From an uncultured delta proteobacterium (GTDB lineage Bacteria > Desulfobacterota > Binatia > UBA9968): a stretch of 64,000 nucleotides of DNA. Made by a program: the position numbers and the translations under genes. The first letter of the stretch is position 1. Every line of letters starts with the position of its first letter. Shown piece by piece: positions 8,649-17,394 of this stretch. Location of the stretch: the NCBI GenBank assembly GCA_963760795.1, contig CAVXEP010000032.1:128001-192000 (forward strand), read 5' to 3'. The notes under the pieces were generated by a model. It saw nothing but the letters and a program-made list of their open reading frames with translations, had not been told where the DNA came from and made no database searches.

Positions 8649-10340
8649 ATCATCTAAAATGTAACTTTGGGAGGGGCTGTTGACTCATAAAGAATGTAAC
8701 CCAGAGATGGTTGGAAAAAACAGCCACCAGGGAGGGTTACGCATAGATGAGTGGAAAGACCAGATGGGATTATCTCAAAGCGATTTACTTACGCTACAAG
8801 AAAGTATCCAAGCCGCTCAGAGCTCGGATTCTCGACGAGTTTTGCCAGGTCTGCGACTACAACCGCAAATACGCCATTCGCTTACTCAACGGCCCATCAC
8901 CGCAGAAACCCAAGATGATCGTACGAAAAGGGCGTCGGTCGGCCTATGGCGGCAAAGTGATCTCAGCGCTGACGGCGATCTGGGAAGTCGCCGGCTATCC
9001 GTGCTCGGTGCGGCTCAAAGCGCTGCTGCCGTTGTGGCTACCGTGGGCGATCAAGCGCATGGCGCTGACGGCACCAGTGCAAAAGCAACTGCTCACGATC
9101 AGCCCGGCAACCATCGACCGGCGGCTCAGGGGAAAAAGAGGCCAGCTCAAAAAGCGCCTCTACGGGCGCACCAAGCCGGGCACCTTGCTCAAACACCACA
9201 TCCCGATCAAGACCGACAACTGGGATGTCAAAACGCCAGGGTTTACCGAGATCGATCTGGTCTCTCACTCCGGCAACTCGGCTTCAGGGGAGTTTTTGCA
9301 CTCGCTCAACGTCACCGACATCCACACCACCTGGGTGGAAAGCCGCGCGGTGATGGGAAAGAGCCAGATCGGGGTGCTTAACGCCATGCAGGACATTGAA
9401 CGGGCTCTGCCTTTCAAACTGTTGGGCATCGATTCGGACAACGGTTCGGAATTTATCAACTACCATCTCAAGACCTTCTGCGATCAGAACCATATCCAGC
9501 TCACCCGCGGCCGGCCTTACAAGAAAGATGACAACGCCCATATCGAACAGAAGAACTATACCCACGTGCGCAAAATCTTGGGCTACCTGCGCTATGACTC
9601 ACTGGCAGCGCAAAAAGCCATCAACGAGCTTTACCAAAACGAACTGAGAATCTTTCAAAACCTGTTTCTCCCCTCCATGAAGCTGAGCAAGAAAACCCGG
9701 ATCGGCTCCAAGCTCAAGCGCTGCTACGACAAGCCCCAGACCCCGTTGGAGCGCGTGCTCCAATGTCCCCAGGCCGATCCGGTCAAAGTCCAACAGCTCA
9801 AACGACTACGCGACCAAACCGATCCCTTTGAGCTGGCCCAACGCATCGAGCAAAAGCTTGAGCGCATTTATCGGCTCGCCAACCAGCGCGTGAGCCCGCA
9901 ACCCAAACCGCCCCATAGCCCATCCCCGACTCGCCGTGAAATACAGACTCTCAGCGAGATCGCCAAGATCTTTGGACCTCAACTCCAGAAATGATCCCAA
10001 TGGATTGGACCCATCGCGACAGCGTGAAAGGAAATCCCTACAGCCATCCAAACTCTTGGGGAACTGAAGCCACTGGCCCCAAACCTGTTGACGGGGGGAT
10101 GTCTAGGTAAGGGTCGATGCCACTGCGTTGATCCTGGGGCATTTGTGGAAGAAAAATTTCAGCTTCAATTACCCGATTTTCAAAAACGACTGATGCAAAA
10201 CCAAAACAACAGCTACTCCTTGGTTCACATCAACTTACGGAGATAACCAAAATCAACAGTGAAAAACTACCAACCGCTGGGTTACATTTATTATGACGCA
10301 ACGACTTCCTCTTGGGTTACATTCTCTTATGAGTTGACGG
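8640..10340 (+). mobile_element. Insertion sequence with rve/integrase-core DDE transposase (IS481-related / ISNCY-like) and two tandem end motifs at each end
   Basis: Left motifs 8641-8665 (cgtattgaatcatctaaaatgtaac) and 8678-8703 (tgttgactcataaagaatgtaaccc); inverted right motifs 10279-10303 (gggttacatttattatgacgcaacg) and 10314-10339 (gggttacattctcttatgagttgacg). Exact ends uncertain; no clear target duplication. Confidence 0.8.
8747..9994 (+). CDS. Transposase, integrase catalytic (rve) domain
   Basis: ILDEFC...YNRKYAIRLL N-terminus; catalytic D (EIDLVSH), D (DSDNGSEFIN) and E (RPYKKDDNAHIEQKN). Confidence 0.92.
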   Translation: MSGKTRWDYLKAIYLRYKKVSKPLRARILDEFCQVCDYNRKYAIRLLNGPSPQKPKMIVRKGRRSAYGGKVISALTAIWEVAGYPCSVRLKALLPLWLPWAIKRMALTAPVQKQLLTISPATIDRRLRGKRGQLKKRLYGRTKPGTLLKHHIPIKTDNWDVKTPGFTEIDLVSHSGNSASGEFLHSLNVTDIHTTWVESRAVMGKSQIGVLNAMQDIERALPFKLLGIDSDNGSEFINYHLKTFCDQNHIQLTRGRPYKKDDNAHIEQKNYTHVRKILGYLRYDSLAAQKAINELYQNELRIFQNLFLPSMKLSKKTRIGSKLKRCYDKPQTPLERVLQCPQADPVKVQQLKRLRDQTDPFELAQRIEQKLERIYRLANQRVSPQPKPPHSPSPTRREIQTLSEIAKIFGPQLQK

Positions 10341-10600
10341 GTAGACAGTTACGGTTGTTTGAGTTTTTCAGGTAGTCCGTCTAATCGATCATGTGCGTGG
10401 TCGCTTTCAGATGCTTATCGATCCACTGATCGACAAACCTGTAACGCACGCCGAACTCTCCATTCGACACTTTCGCCGGGTTGGATATCGACGACCGGAC
10501 CAGGCCGCTCCCTACCAGCTTGCGACCGGAAAACTTTGCCGCGTCGAGGGATCGGAGCGGATCGATGGCTATCGCCGCGTTCAACCGATCGTCGACGAAT

Positions 10601-11695
10601 TCAGCGGTCGCGGCTTGGTGCGGGTTCGCCGTCGGTTGGCAGGCGGCTCACTAGGCGTGACACCGCAACGAAAATATGTTGCGTGCCCATGTTGACGACG
10701 ACTACGCGGAATAGGTGAAACGCCACCACCAGCGGCACGCTGATGTGCAGCGCCTGGGCGGTAATCGTCATCTCGGCCAGGCCGCCGGGTGAGGTGGCGA
10801 TGATCATGGTCGCGATCGGCAGGTCGAAGGCCCAGGCGAGGGCGACGCCGGCAATCGCCGAGGCGATCAGGATGAAGACTGAATTGAGCAGCGCGAAGGG
10901 AATGAAAAGCCTGTGACGCGCGAAAAAGGCGCGTTCGTAGCGCGCGCCGAGGACCAAGCCAAACATCAGCTGGGCGAAGTCGGTAAGCGTGTGTGGCACG
11001 GATGATAATTCAACGCCGCCCATGGTCAGTGCTGCGCCGAGAAATATCGGCACCAACAGGCAGCCATTGTGAAAATGAAATCTTTCGGAAATCTCGCCTA
11101 AGACCCCGCTGCCCAATAACCAGATCGCCAAGATCGCTGGGAGAAGCGGTAAGTCCGGCTTGTAGGCGGCGGCTTCCAAAGGAATGCCGCTGTAGGTCAG
11201 GACGAACGGAACAACGATGACGACCACCGACACGCGCAGACTGTGAGCCACCGCCACTGGCGACATCTTTGCGCCATAGCGGTCGGCGAGCACCGCCATG
11301 GCCATGGCGCCGCCTGGAATCGAGGCGAAGAAGGTCGACTTCCAGTCGACGCCGGAGGCTTTGCTCAAGGTCAGCGCGCCGAAGATGCCGACGATAAATA
11401 CCGCTAGGGTTGCGGCCAACACGGCCGGCAAATTACCCGCAAGAGCGGCCACCACCGGCGGCGTGAAGTACAACGATACCGCCGAGCCCAGAATGACCTG
11501 GCCCAACTGGCGGGCATAGGGCGGCGAATGCATGGATACGCCCATCAGGTTCAGGCTCGCCACCGCGATCATCGGTCCCAACATCCAGGGTATCGGCGTA
11601 TGCAGCCAGGCGAAGAGAAAGCCGGCCGGGACGCCGACCGCCAGGGCAGTCAGAATGCCGCGCGTCTGTTGTCGAAGGTGGGTAAACTCGTTCAT
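10601..11695 (-). CDS. AbrB-family (putative ammonia monooxygenase-like) duplicated membrane protein
   Basis: PIPWMLGPM, GQVILG, IPGGAMAM and SPGGLAEM repeated halves; about 10 hydrophobic segments. Confidence 0.85.
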   Translation of the reverse strand: MNEFTHLRQQTRGILTALAVGVPAGFLFAWLHTPIPWMLGPMIAVASLNLMGVSMHSPPYARQLGQVILGSAVSLYFTPPVVAALAGNLPAVLAATLAVFIVGIFGALTLSKASGVDWKSTFFASIPGGAMAMAVLADRYGAKMSPVAVAHSLRVSVVVIVVPFVLTYSGIPLEAAAYKPDLPLLPAILAIWLLGSGVLGEISERFHFHNGCLLVPIFLGAALTMGGVELSSVPHTLTDFAQLMFGLVLGARYERAFFARHRLFIPFALLNSVFILIASAIAGVALAWAFDLPIATMIIATSPGGLAEMTITAQALHISVPLVVAFHLFRVVVVNMGTQHIFVAVSRLVSRLPTDGEPAPSRDR

Positions 11696-11878
11696 GGTGT
11701 CGGATCGATCGGCGCTGCCGAATCTTGGGTGTGGGAGACGCGCGATGAGCTAGGAATTCTTATATCCGGTGCGCGGCGGGATTACGACCTGCTGGCCAAT
11801 TTTTGCCGTCCGGTTAGCGGTGGACAGCTTCGTCCCAGTCGGGTAATTGTTTACCAGCGGAAGGAGTGAGCGAAAGAG

Positions 11879-12961
11879 ATGAACTACAAAACCGCCGTGA
11901 TCGATGCCGATGCCCATGTGGTGGAGAGCGAACGGGTCTGGGACTACCTCGAAGGTGGCGAAAAGAAATTTCGCCCAACCTTGATGCCGTCGCCGGAAAA
12001 TCCCAAGCGGCAATTCTGGCTGCTCGACGGCGAAAATCTCGGCCACAAGTTTCCCTCGCCCGATGAGCAAGAGTCAGCAGCGCATCTGAAACGGTTTGGC
12101 CGGGAAGTCGAGACGCCGGTGGCAGCGCGCGAGCTGTCCAACGTGCAGCAGCGGCTTAAGCACATGGACGAGCTCGGCATCGACATCCAGGTGCTGTTCA
12201 ACTCGCTGTGGATCACGCCGCTCACTGCCCGCGCCGATGCCGAGATCGCGCTCAGCTGGGCGTGGAACCGTTGGTTGGCCGATGTCTGGCGGCTCGGCGA
12301 GGACCGCTTGCGCTGGACTTGTGTGGTGCCGGCCTTGTCGCCCAAGGAAGCGGTGCCGCAGATTCGCTTCGCCAAAGAACATGGCGCGGTGGGCGTGTGT
12401 ATGCGCCCCTTCGAACGGGACCGGATGATGACCGATCGGTTTTACTACCCGATATACGAAGAGGCGGAGCGCCTCGATATCCCGGTCACAGTACATCTGG
12501 GCAACGGTAGTCCGGAACTCTTCAAGCTCATGACCAACGAAGCCGGCGGCGGCTTTTCGACCTTTCGCGTGCCGACGGTGACGGCATGTTACGCGCTGAT
12601 CATGAGCGAAATCCCGCAAGTGTTTCCCAAGCTGCGCTGGGGCTTCATCGAGGTGTCGAGCCAATGGGTGCCCTGGGTGATTCACGAGGCGATGCGCCGC
12701 TCGCTTGGCAGCGCGCGGCCGATCTCGCGCGATTGTTTGCGCCAATACAATATCTATGTTTCGACCCAAAGCGATGACGATTTTCCATACGTACTGTCCT
12801 ATGCCGGCGAGGGGAATCTGGTCATCGGCACCGATTATGGCCACGGTGACACCTCCAGCGAACTCAACGCCATCGCGAGATTCAAGGCGATGGCGGAGCT
12901 GAGCCCGGAGGTAAAGAGAAAGATTCTGTTCGACAATCCCAAAGCGCTTTACGGGCTCTAG
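11879..12961 (+). CDS. Amidohydrolase family protein (Amidohydro_2)
   Basis: [17 protein letters not shown], v[11 protein letters not shown] and GTDYGHGD motifs. Confidence 0.88.
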   Translation: MNYKTAVIDADAHVVESERVWDYLEGGEKKFRPTLMPSPENPKRQFWLLDGENLGHKFPSPDEQESAAHLKRFGREVETPVAARELSNVQQRLKHMDELGIDIQVLFNSLWITPLTARADAEIALSWAWNRWLADVWRLGEDRLRWTCVVPALSPKEAVPQIRFAKEHGAVGVCMRPFERDRMMTDRFYYPIYEEAERLDIPVTVHLGNGSPELFKLMTNEAGGGFSTFRVPTVTACYALIMSEIPQVFPKLRWGFIEVSSQWVPWVIHEAMRRSLGSARPISRDCLRQYNIYVSTQSDDDFPYVLSYAGEGNLVIGTDYGHGDTSSELNAIARFKAMAELSPEVKRKILFDNPKALYGL

Positions 12962-12987
12962 AATTTTCTACTCAGGATTGTGCCGCT

Positions 12988-13407
12988 ATGGCGACGTTAA
13001 TTTCAGCCGAAAAGGAAAAACAGCTCAACGAACGCATGCTCGCGCTCGGCGTGCGCGAGTCCGATATCGACGAGCAGTTCGTGCGTTCTTCCGGCGCCGG
13101 CGGCCAGAACGTCAATAAGGTTTCTTCCTGTGTCGTGCTCCATCACCGCCCCACCGGTATTCGGGTCAAATGCCAGCAGGAACGCTCCCAGGCGCTCAAT
13201 CGCTTTTTAGCGCGCCGCCTCTTGCTCGATAAGATAGACACCCAGCAGCGCGGCGCGGCGAGCGCGGAGATGCAGCGCATCGAGAAGATCCGCCGGCAGA
13301 AGCGCAAGCGCTCGCGGCGCGCCAAAATGCGCATGCTCGACGACAAACACCATCAGTCGGTGAAAAAAGGGCGGCGGTCGACGGTGCGGCCGGGGCGAGA
13401 TGAGTAA
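12988..13407 (+). CDS. Short GGQ peptidyl-tRNA hydrolase / ribosome rescue factor (ArfB- or C12orf65-like)
   Basis: [37 protein letters not shown] and a long basic C-terminal tail; no codon-recognition domain. Confidence 0.88.
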   Translation: MATLISAEKEKQLNERMLALGVRESDIDEQFVRSSGAGGQNVNKVSSCVVLHHRPTGIRVKCQQERSQALNRFLARRLLLDKIDTQQRGAASAEMQRIEKIRRQKRKRSRRAKMRMLDDKHHQSVKKGRRSTVRPGRDE

Positions 13408-13610
13408 TTGCCTCCCGATGAGGCGTTCCCATCGCCATAAAGATTCCTTCCGGCATTTCACGCTGCGGCGAGAGTCATTAGCCGTCGCCAGAGCTTACTG
13501 CAACTGAACGATCGTTGTTCGATTGTCATTCTTGTCACTTTTGCCCACCGTTGACAGTGTCAGTGTTACTGTCCCTTAAGCTAACTATTTGAAAAATAAA
13601 CGCTGCGGAA

Positions 13611-13626
13611 TGGCCTGTAGGTTGCT
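13611..13626 (+). promoter_or_regulatory. Putative sigma-54 (-24/-12) promoter
   Basis: TGGCCTGTAGGTTGCT = TGG-N10-GC; AT-rich IHF-like tract at about 13577-13600 and TGTCA/TGACA repeats at about 13524-13562 upstream. Confidence 0.65.
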
Positions 13627-13662
13627 CAGTGCTGCTAGGAAGACGCTCAGGAGTAGCACGAC

Positions 13663-13791
13663 ATGTTGAACGACCTGATCTTATTAACCTTGGTGGTGGT
13701 GCTGGTGCCGCTGGCAGCGGTCATGATTTTACGCATGCTCGGTAAAACCAAAAGAACCAAGCGACCGATTCGTGACTTTCGCGTCCGCTAA
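13663..13791 (+). CDS. Unannotated 42-aa single-TM microprotein with basic tail
   Basis: MLNDLILLTLVVVLVPLAAVMILRMLGKTKRTKRPIRDFRVR*; AGGAG RBS at 13649-13653; downstream of a sigma-54 motif. Confidence 0.65.
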   Translation: MLNDLILLTLVVVLVPLAAVMILRMLGKTKRTKRPIRDFRVR

Positions 13792-13870
13792 AGTAACCGC
13801 TATATTTTTCCAACCTATCCGCTTAATCCCGTGACCGGCGATCCGAGCGAGACCGCTCATTAGCCTTTGG

Positions 13871-14998
13871 CTATTTGCTCTTCTTCAGCTGATCGAGCAG
13901 CGCTTGGATCGGTTTGAAATCCATCCATTCAGGCCGGTTGATAAATAGGTATTCCCTATCCTTGCGCCGGCGCGCTAGCGGCGGCAGAATTTCCTGCGGT
14001 AGATCCTCGCGCATGGAGCCAACCCGCAATTCGTCGGTGTTGGCTTGGCGAAAGGCGATCTGGCCTTCCAGCGACAAAAACCAATTGAGAAAAACTTTTG
14101 CGGCGTTGGCATGGGGGTGGCGATTCATCAAGACGATGGCCCCCGACCCGGAGCCGATGCCGGGCCGCTCGGTGATGGCGTAGGGATCGAGTTCGGCGAC
14201 CGGCAGTCCCTGCATCTGCGCACGGTCGATGCGCCGGCAGAGAAAACAGATGGGGAACTTTCCTTGGGACAGCCAGTCAGTGCCCTGGCGCAAATCGCGA
14301 AAGTAGGTCGGCTCCATGTCGCGGTAGACGCGCTCGATGAACTTGGGCCCCAATTGGGGATGATGATAGACGAAGGCCAACGCGGTGGAACCCTGAGTCG
14401 CGTTTAATTGCAAGACGGCCAATTTACCCTTCCATTGCGGCTGGACGAGATCCCAAGCTGACTTTATTTCTTTTTCATTGACGATACTGGTGTTGAACGA
14501 CAGTGGTGGACCGTAGAGAGCGCTTTCGTACATGAAGTTGTACTGCCCTTCCGGGTCGACGTAGTGATGTTTGCCTTGCCACCATTTAGACAGATCGGTG
14601 ACATTGGCATGGACCAACGCCGGTGGCATCGGGTCGAGGACTTTAGCCGGGTAGAGGTTGAGATGGACCGCGGTGGGTCCGGCGAGAAAGACGTCGGCGA
14701 GATATTTACCGGCGCGCCGTTCGCTGAAGAGCTTGGGAAACAGATCGCTGCCCCGGCCCACCGATGTACCGATCAGCTTGATCTTGGGATAGCGCTTTTG
14801 AAATGCCGCCCAGATCGACTGGGCGTTGCCGATGGAGTCAGTGGCATAGATGGCGACTTCGCCTTCTTCCTCGGCTTTCTTCACGATGGAATCCCATTCC
14901 TGAGGGGTAGCTGGCTTGGGTTCGGCGGCTGCACCGGTATCCACTAGCATCAGTTTCAGTATCAGGACGGCGATTAGGTTCGGCCACTTGCGGGTCAT
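13871..14998 (-). CDS. Extracellular solute-binding protein (AfuA/SBP_bac_6-like)
   Basis: Signal peptide; AEEEGEVAIY, ERRAGKYLADV, WDLVQPQWKGK and PHANAAKVFLNWFLSLEGQ motifs. Confidence 0.85.
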   Translation of the reverse strand: MTRKWPNLIAVLILKLMLVDTGAAAEPKPATPQEWDSIVKKAEEEGEVAIYATDSIGNAQSIWAAFQKRYPKIKLIGTSVGRGSDLFPKLFSERRAGKYLADVFLAGPTAVHLNLYPAKVLDPMPPALVHANVTDLSKWWQGKHHYVDPEGQYNFMYESALYGPPLSFNTSIVNEKEIKSAWDLVQPQWKGKLAVLQLNATQGSTALAFVYHHPQLGPKFIERVYRDMEPTYFRDLRQGTDWLSQGKFPICFLCRRIDRAQMQGLPVAELDPYAITERPGIGSGSGAIVLMNRHPHANAAKVFLNWFLSLEGQIAFRQANTDELRVGSMREDLPQEILPPLARRRKDREYLFINRPEWMDFKPIQALLDQLKKSK

Positions 14999-15157
14999 GC
15001 AAAAATCTCCCGGGTTTTTTTCCTCCGGTGTTGGCGTTTATTGCAATCATTCGCAGGTCGGCAGGGCGCGGTCAATCCTGACAAGCGCGCCGCCCCTGTC
15101 ACGGTTTCGCCTGGCACTGCAATCAATTAAGCCGCGATTATTTCAAGCAGTAACTTC

Positions 15158-15173
15158 TGGCATTACTGTTGCT
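15158..15173 (+). promoter_or_regulatory. Putative sigma-54 (-24/-12) promoter
   Basis: TGGCATTACTGTTGCT = TGG-N10-GC; upstream TGACA-N13-TGTCA inverted repeat (15079-15101) and AT-rich tract (15121-15146). Confidence 0.68.
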
Positions 15174-15200
15174 CAAGACCTTGCCAGGAGAAACACTGCC

Positions 15201-15332
15201 ATGATGTATGACATGTTCAGAAGCTCGTTGCTTGCCGCTGCCATGTCGCTCGGTTCGTTCTTCGCAGTGCTGGCGCTAGGGAAGAAAAGAAAAAACCTGT
15301 TGGCAGTTAGTAGGCACCGACCGGAGCCATGA
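15201..15332 (+). CDS. Unannotated 43-aa single-TM microprotein with basic tail
   Basis: MMYDMFRSSLLAAAMSLGSFFAVLALGKKRKNLLAVSRHRPEP*; AGGAG RBS at 15186-15190; downstream of a sigma-54 motif. Confidence 0.62.
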   Translation: MMYDMFRSSLLAAAMSLGSFFAVLALGKKRKNLLAVSRHRPEP

Positions 15333-15487
15333 GGGGAGGGGTCTGGGGAAATTTTGCCAGTCAAATAATATCCCCTGGGTCTCACGTCCGGTCAATTCGT
15401 TACTCTGCCAAGTGTCCAATCCTGTCGTCTCTTCACTCACGTCGTTCAGTTAAGTTACCCCGTTGCTGTGCTGCCGCGCAGCGGCGG

Positions 15488-16234
15488 CTATCTTGAGAGC
15501 AGCCGGCGGCGGCTCTTGTCGAGACCGAAGATCTCGATGAACTCGCCGAACACCCGATCGCTCAGCTCATGGAGCCGGGCGATATGGCTGGCGGTCTCGG
15601 TGTGGATTCGATCCGGGTCGATGTCGCCATGCAGGCGGGAGATCTCGTGACGGTTCTCTGGTACCTTTAGCCAACGCAGGATCATCGGTTCATCGACTTC
15701 GAGGTGGAATTGGAACGCGTACACGTTGTCGCCATAACGAAACGCTTGATTCAGGCAGTGGCGTGACGAAGCCAGATGGATCGCTCCGTTGGGGATGTCG
15801 AAGGTGTCGCCGTGCCATTGAAAGAGCGTTTCCCGTTCTTCGAACTCGTCGAACAGCGGGTCGTCATCGGCATACGGCGACGGCTCGACATCGTACCAGC
15901 CAATTTCCTTGACATGGTTGGCGTAGACGCGCGCCCCCAGGGTGCGGGCGACCAGCTGGCCACCCAAGCATATGCCCAACACCGGTAGGTTGCGCTGCAT
16001 GGCGCTCTCGATCAGCTTCATTTCAACCGCCAGGTGGGGTAGCCGCTGGTCGTCATAGGCGGACATGGGGCCTCCCAGTACAATCAGGCCGTCATATCCG
16101 TCTAAAGTCGGTTGGGCATCGGGATGGCGGCCAAAATTGACATAGCGGATGCGAAAGCCGGCGCGCTTGAGCATGGGATTGAGGGTGCCCAAAATTTCGT
16201 GGGGCACATGTTGGCAGACTAAGAGTTTTCTCAT
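15488..16234 (-). CDS. Class I glutamine amidotransferase (GMP-synthase-like)
   Basis: LIVLGGPMSAYD, VLGICLGGQL (catalytic Cys), FQWHGDTF and FQFHLE (His-Glu). Confidence 0.9.
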   Translation of the reverse strand: MRKLLVCQHVPHEILGTLNPMLKRAGFRIRYVNFGRHPDAQPTLDGYDGLIVLGGPMSAYDDQRLPHLAVEMKLIESAMQRNLPVLGICLGGQLVARTLGARVYANHVKEIGWYDVEPSPYADDDPLFDEFEERETLFQWHGDTFDIPNGAIHLASSRHCLNQAFRYGDNVYAFQFHLEVDEPMILRWLKVPENRHEISRLHGDIDPDRIHTETASHIARLHELSDRVFGEFIEIFGLDKSRRRLLSR

Positions 16235-16299
16235 CTTCGCTGACTTCCAGACGAAAATGATTTTAGCATGACGGTTTCGCTTGGCTCAAACTGGCGCGG

Positions 16300-17394
16300 T
16301 TAATTTTCCCGCAGCGTGCGCAGGCCGGTGCCATGGGCGGTTTGGCGCTCCAGCGCTTGACTATAGCGGGACATGGGATAACAGAAAGCGAAATATCCCA
16401 CGGCGGCGAACAAGTATGCCTCGATGCCGAAGCCGCTCCAGGCCGGTTCGCTGAGCGAGACTTTAATGGTGGTGAGAAAGTCGAACAGGCCGATGATGAC
16501 GACCAGCGATGTGTCTTTGAAAAAACCGATGAAGGTATTGACCAAGGGTGGTATGGCGACGCGCAAGGCTTGCGGCAGAGTGACGTAACGGACGCGCTGC
16601 CAGTAGCCAAGGCCGAGCGCGAGGGCGGCTTCCTCCTGCTGCGATGGGATCGCCTGTAAACCGCCGCGGATCACTTCCGCCAAATAGGCCGCGGCGAACA
16701 GAATCATCGCCAACTGAGCGCGCAGGAGCTTGTCGATGGATACTCCCTGCGGCAAGAATAGCGGCAGCATGACCGAGGCCATGAACAGCACCGAGATCAG
16801 CGGCACGCCGCGAATCAATTCGATATAGCCAATGGAAAACCACCGCACCAGCGGCAGATCCGAACGCCGGCCGAGGGCCAAGAGAATCGACAGGGGAAAC
16901 GCCAGGGCGATGCCGAAGGTGCTGAGCAGGAGAGTCAGCGTGAGTCCGCCCCAGCGCTCGTTTTCGACGTAGGTGAGGCCGAAAACACCGCCCCACATGA
17001 GTAGGCCGATGCACACTAGCCCAGCCAGCCAAAGCCAAAAAAGATTGAGCCGGCGCACCAGCGGAAACGCGCTCACGCCGTAGAGCGCGAGCAAGATTGC
17101 GATCACTAGTGCCGGGCGCCAGTGTTCGTCTGCGGGAAAAGTGCCAAATAAAATAAATCGGTACTTTTCGGCGACGAAGGCCCAGCAGGCACCGCCGGTG
17201 GCGGCATCGCGGCAGGCGGCGGCGTTATGCGGCGACCACAGGGCGCGGAGCAAAGCCCAATCGATCAGCGCTGGCAGTAACTTTACGGCTAAATAAATAA
17301 TCACCAGGGAAGCGATCGAAGACGGCCAACTGCCAAACAATCGCGTCCGTGTCCAGTGCCACATCGTGGTGCTCCGATCAATGCCGCGGTTCAT
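16300..17394 (-). CDS. aapM: General L-amino acid ABC transporter permease (AapM-like)
   Basis: GACWAF, WGGLTLTL, IELIRGVPL, AYLAEVIRGGLQ and FKDTSL motifs. Confidence 0.85.
   Translation of the reverse strand: MNRGIDRSTTMWHWTRTRLFGSWPSSIASLVIIYLAVKLLPALIDWALLRALWSPHNAAACRDAATGGACWAFVAEKYRFILFGTFPADEHWRPALVIAILLALYGVSAFPLVRRLNLFWLWLAGLVCIGLLMWGGVFGLTYVENERWGGLTLTLLLSTFGIALAFPLSILLALGRRSDLPLVRWFSIGYIELIRGVPLISVLFMASVMLPLFLPQGVSIDKLLRAQLAMILFAAAYLAEVIRGGLQAIPSQQEEAALALGLGYWQRVRYVTLPQALRVAIPPLVNTFIGFFKDTSLVVIIGLFDFLTTIKVSLSEPAWSGFGIEAYLFAAVGYFAFCYPMSRYSQALERQTAHGTGLRTLREN

Noticed and set aside
8680-9381. 233-aa ORF overlapping the transposase
   Set aside because: Alternative frame inside the transposase with no recognisable motif.
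10381-10584. 67-aa minus-strand ORF next to the IS
   Set aside because: No RBS or recognisable motif; it may be debris but cannot be supported.
10601-11695. Ammonia monooxygenase activity
   Set aside because: The AbrB-family label is a legacy annotation; there are no amoCAB motifs or partner genes.
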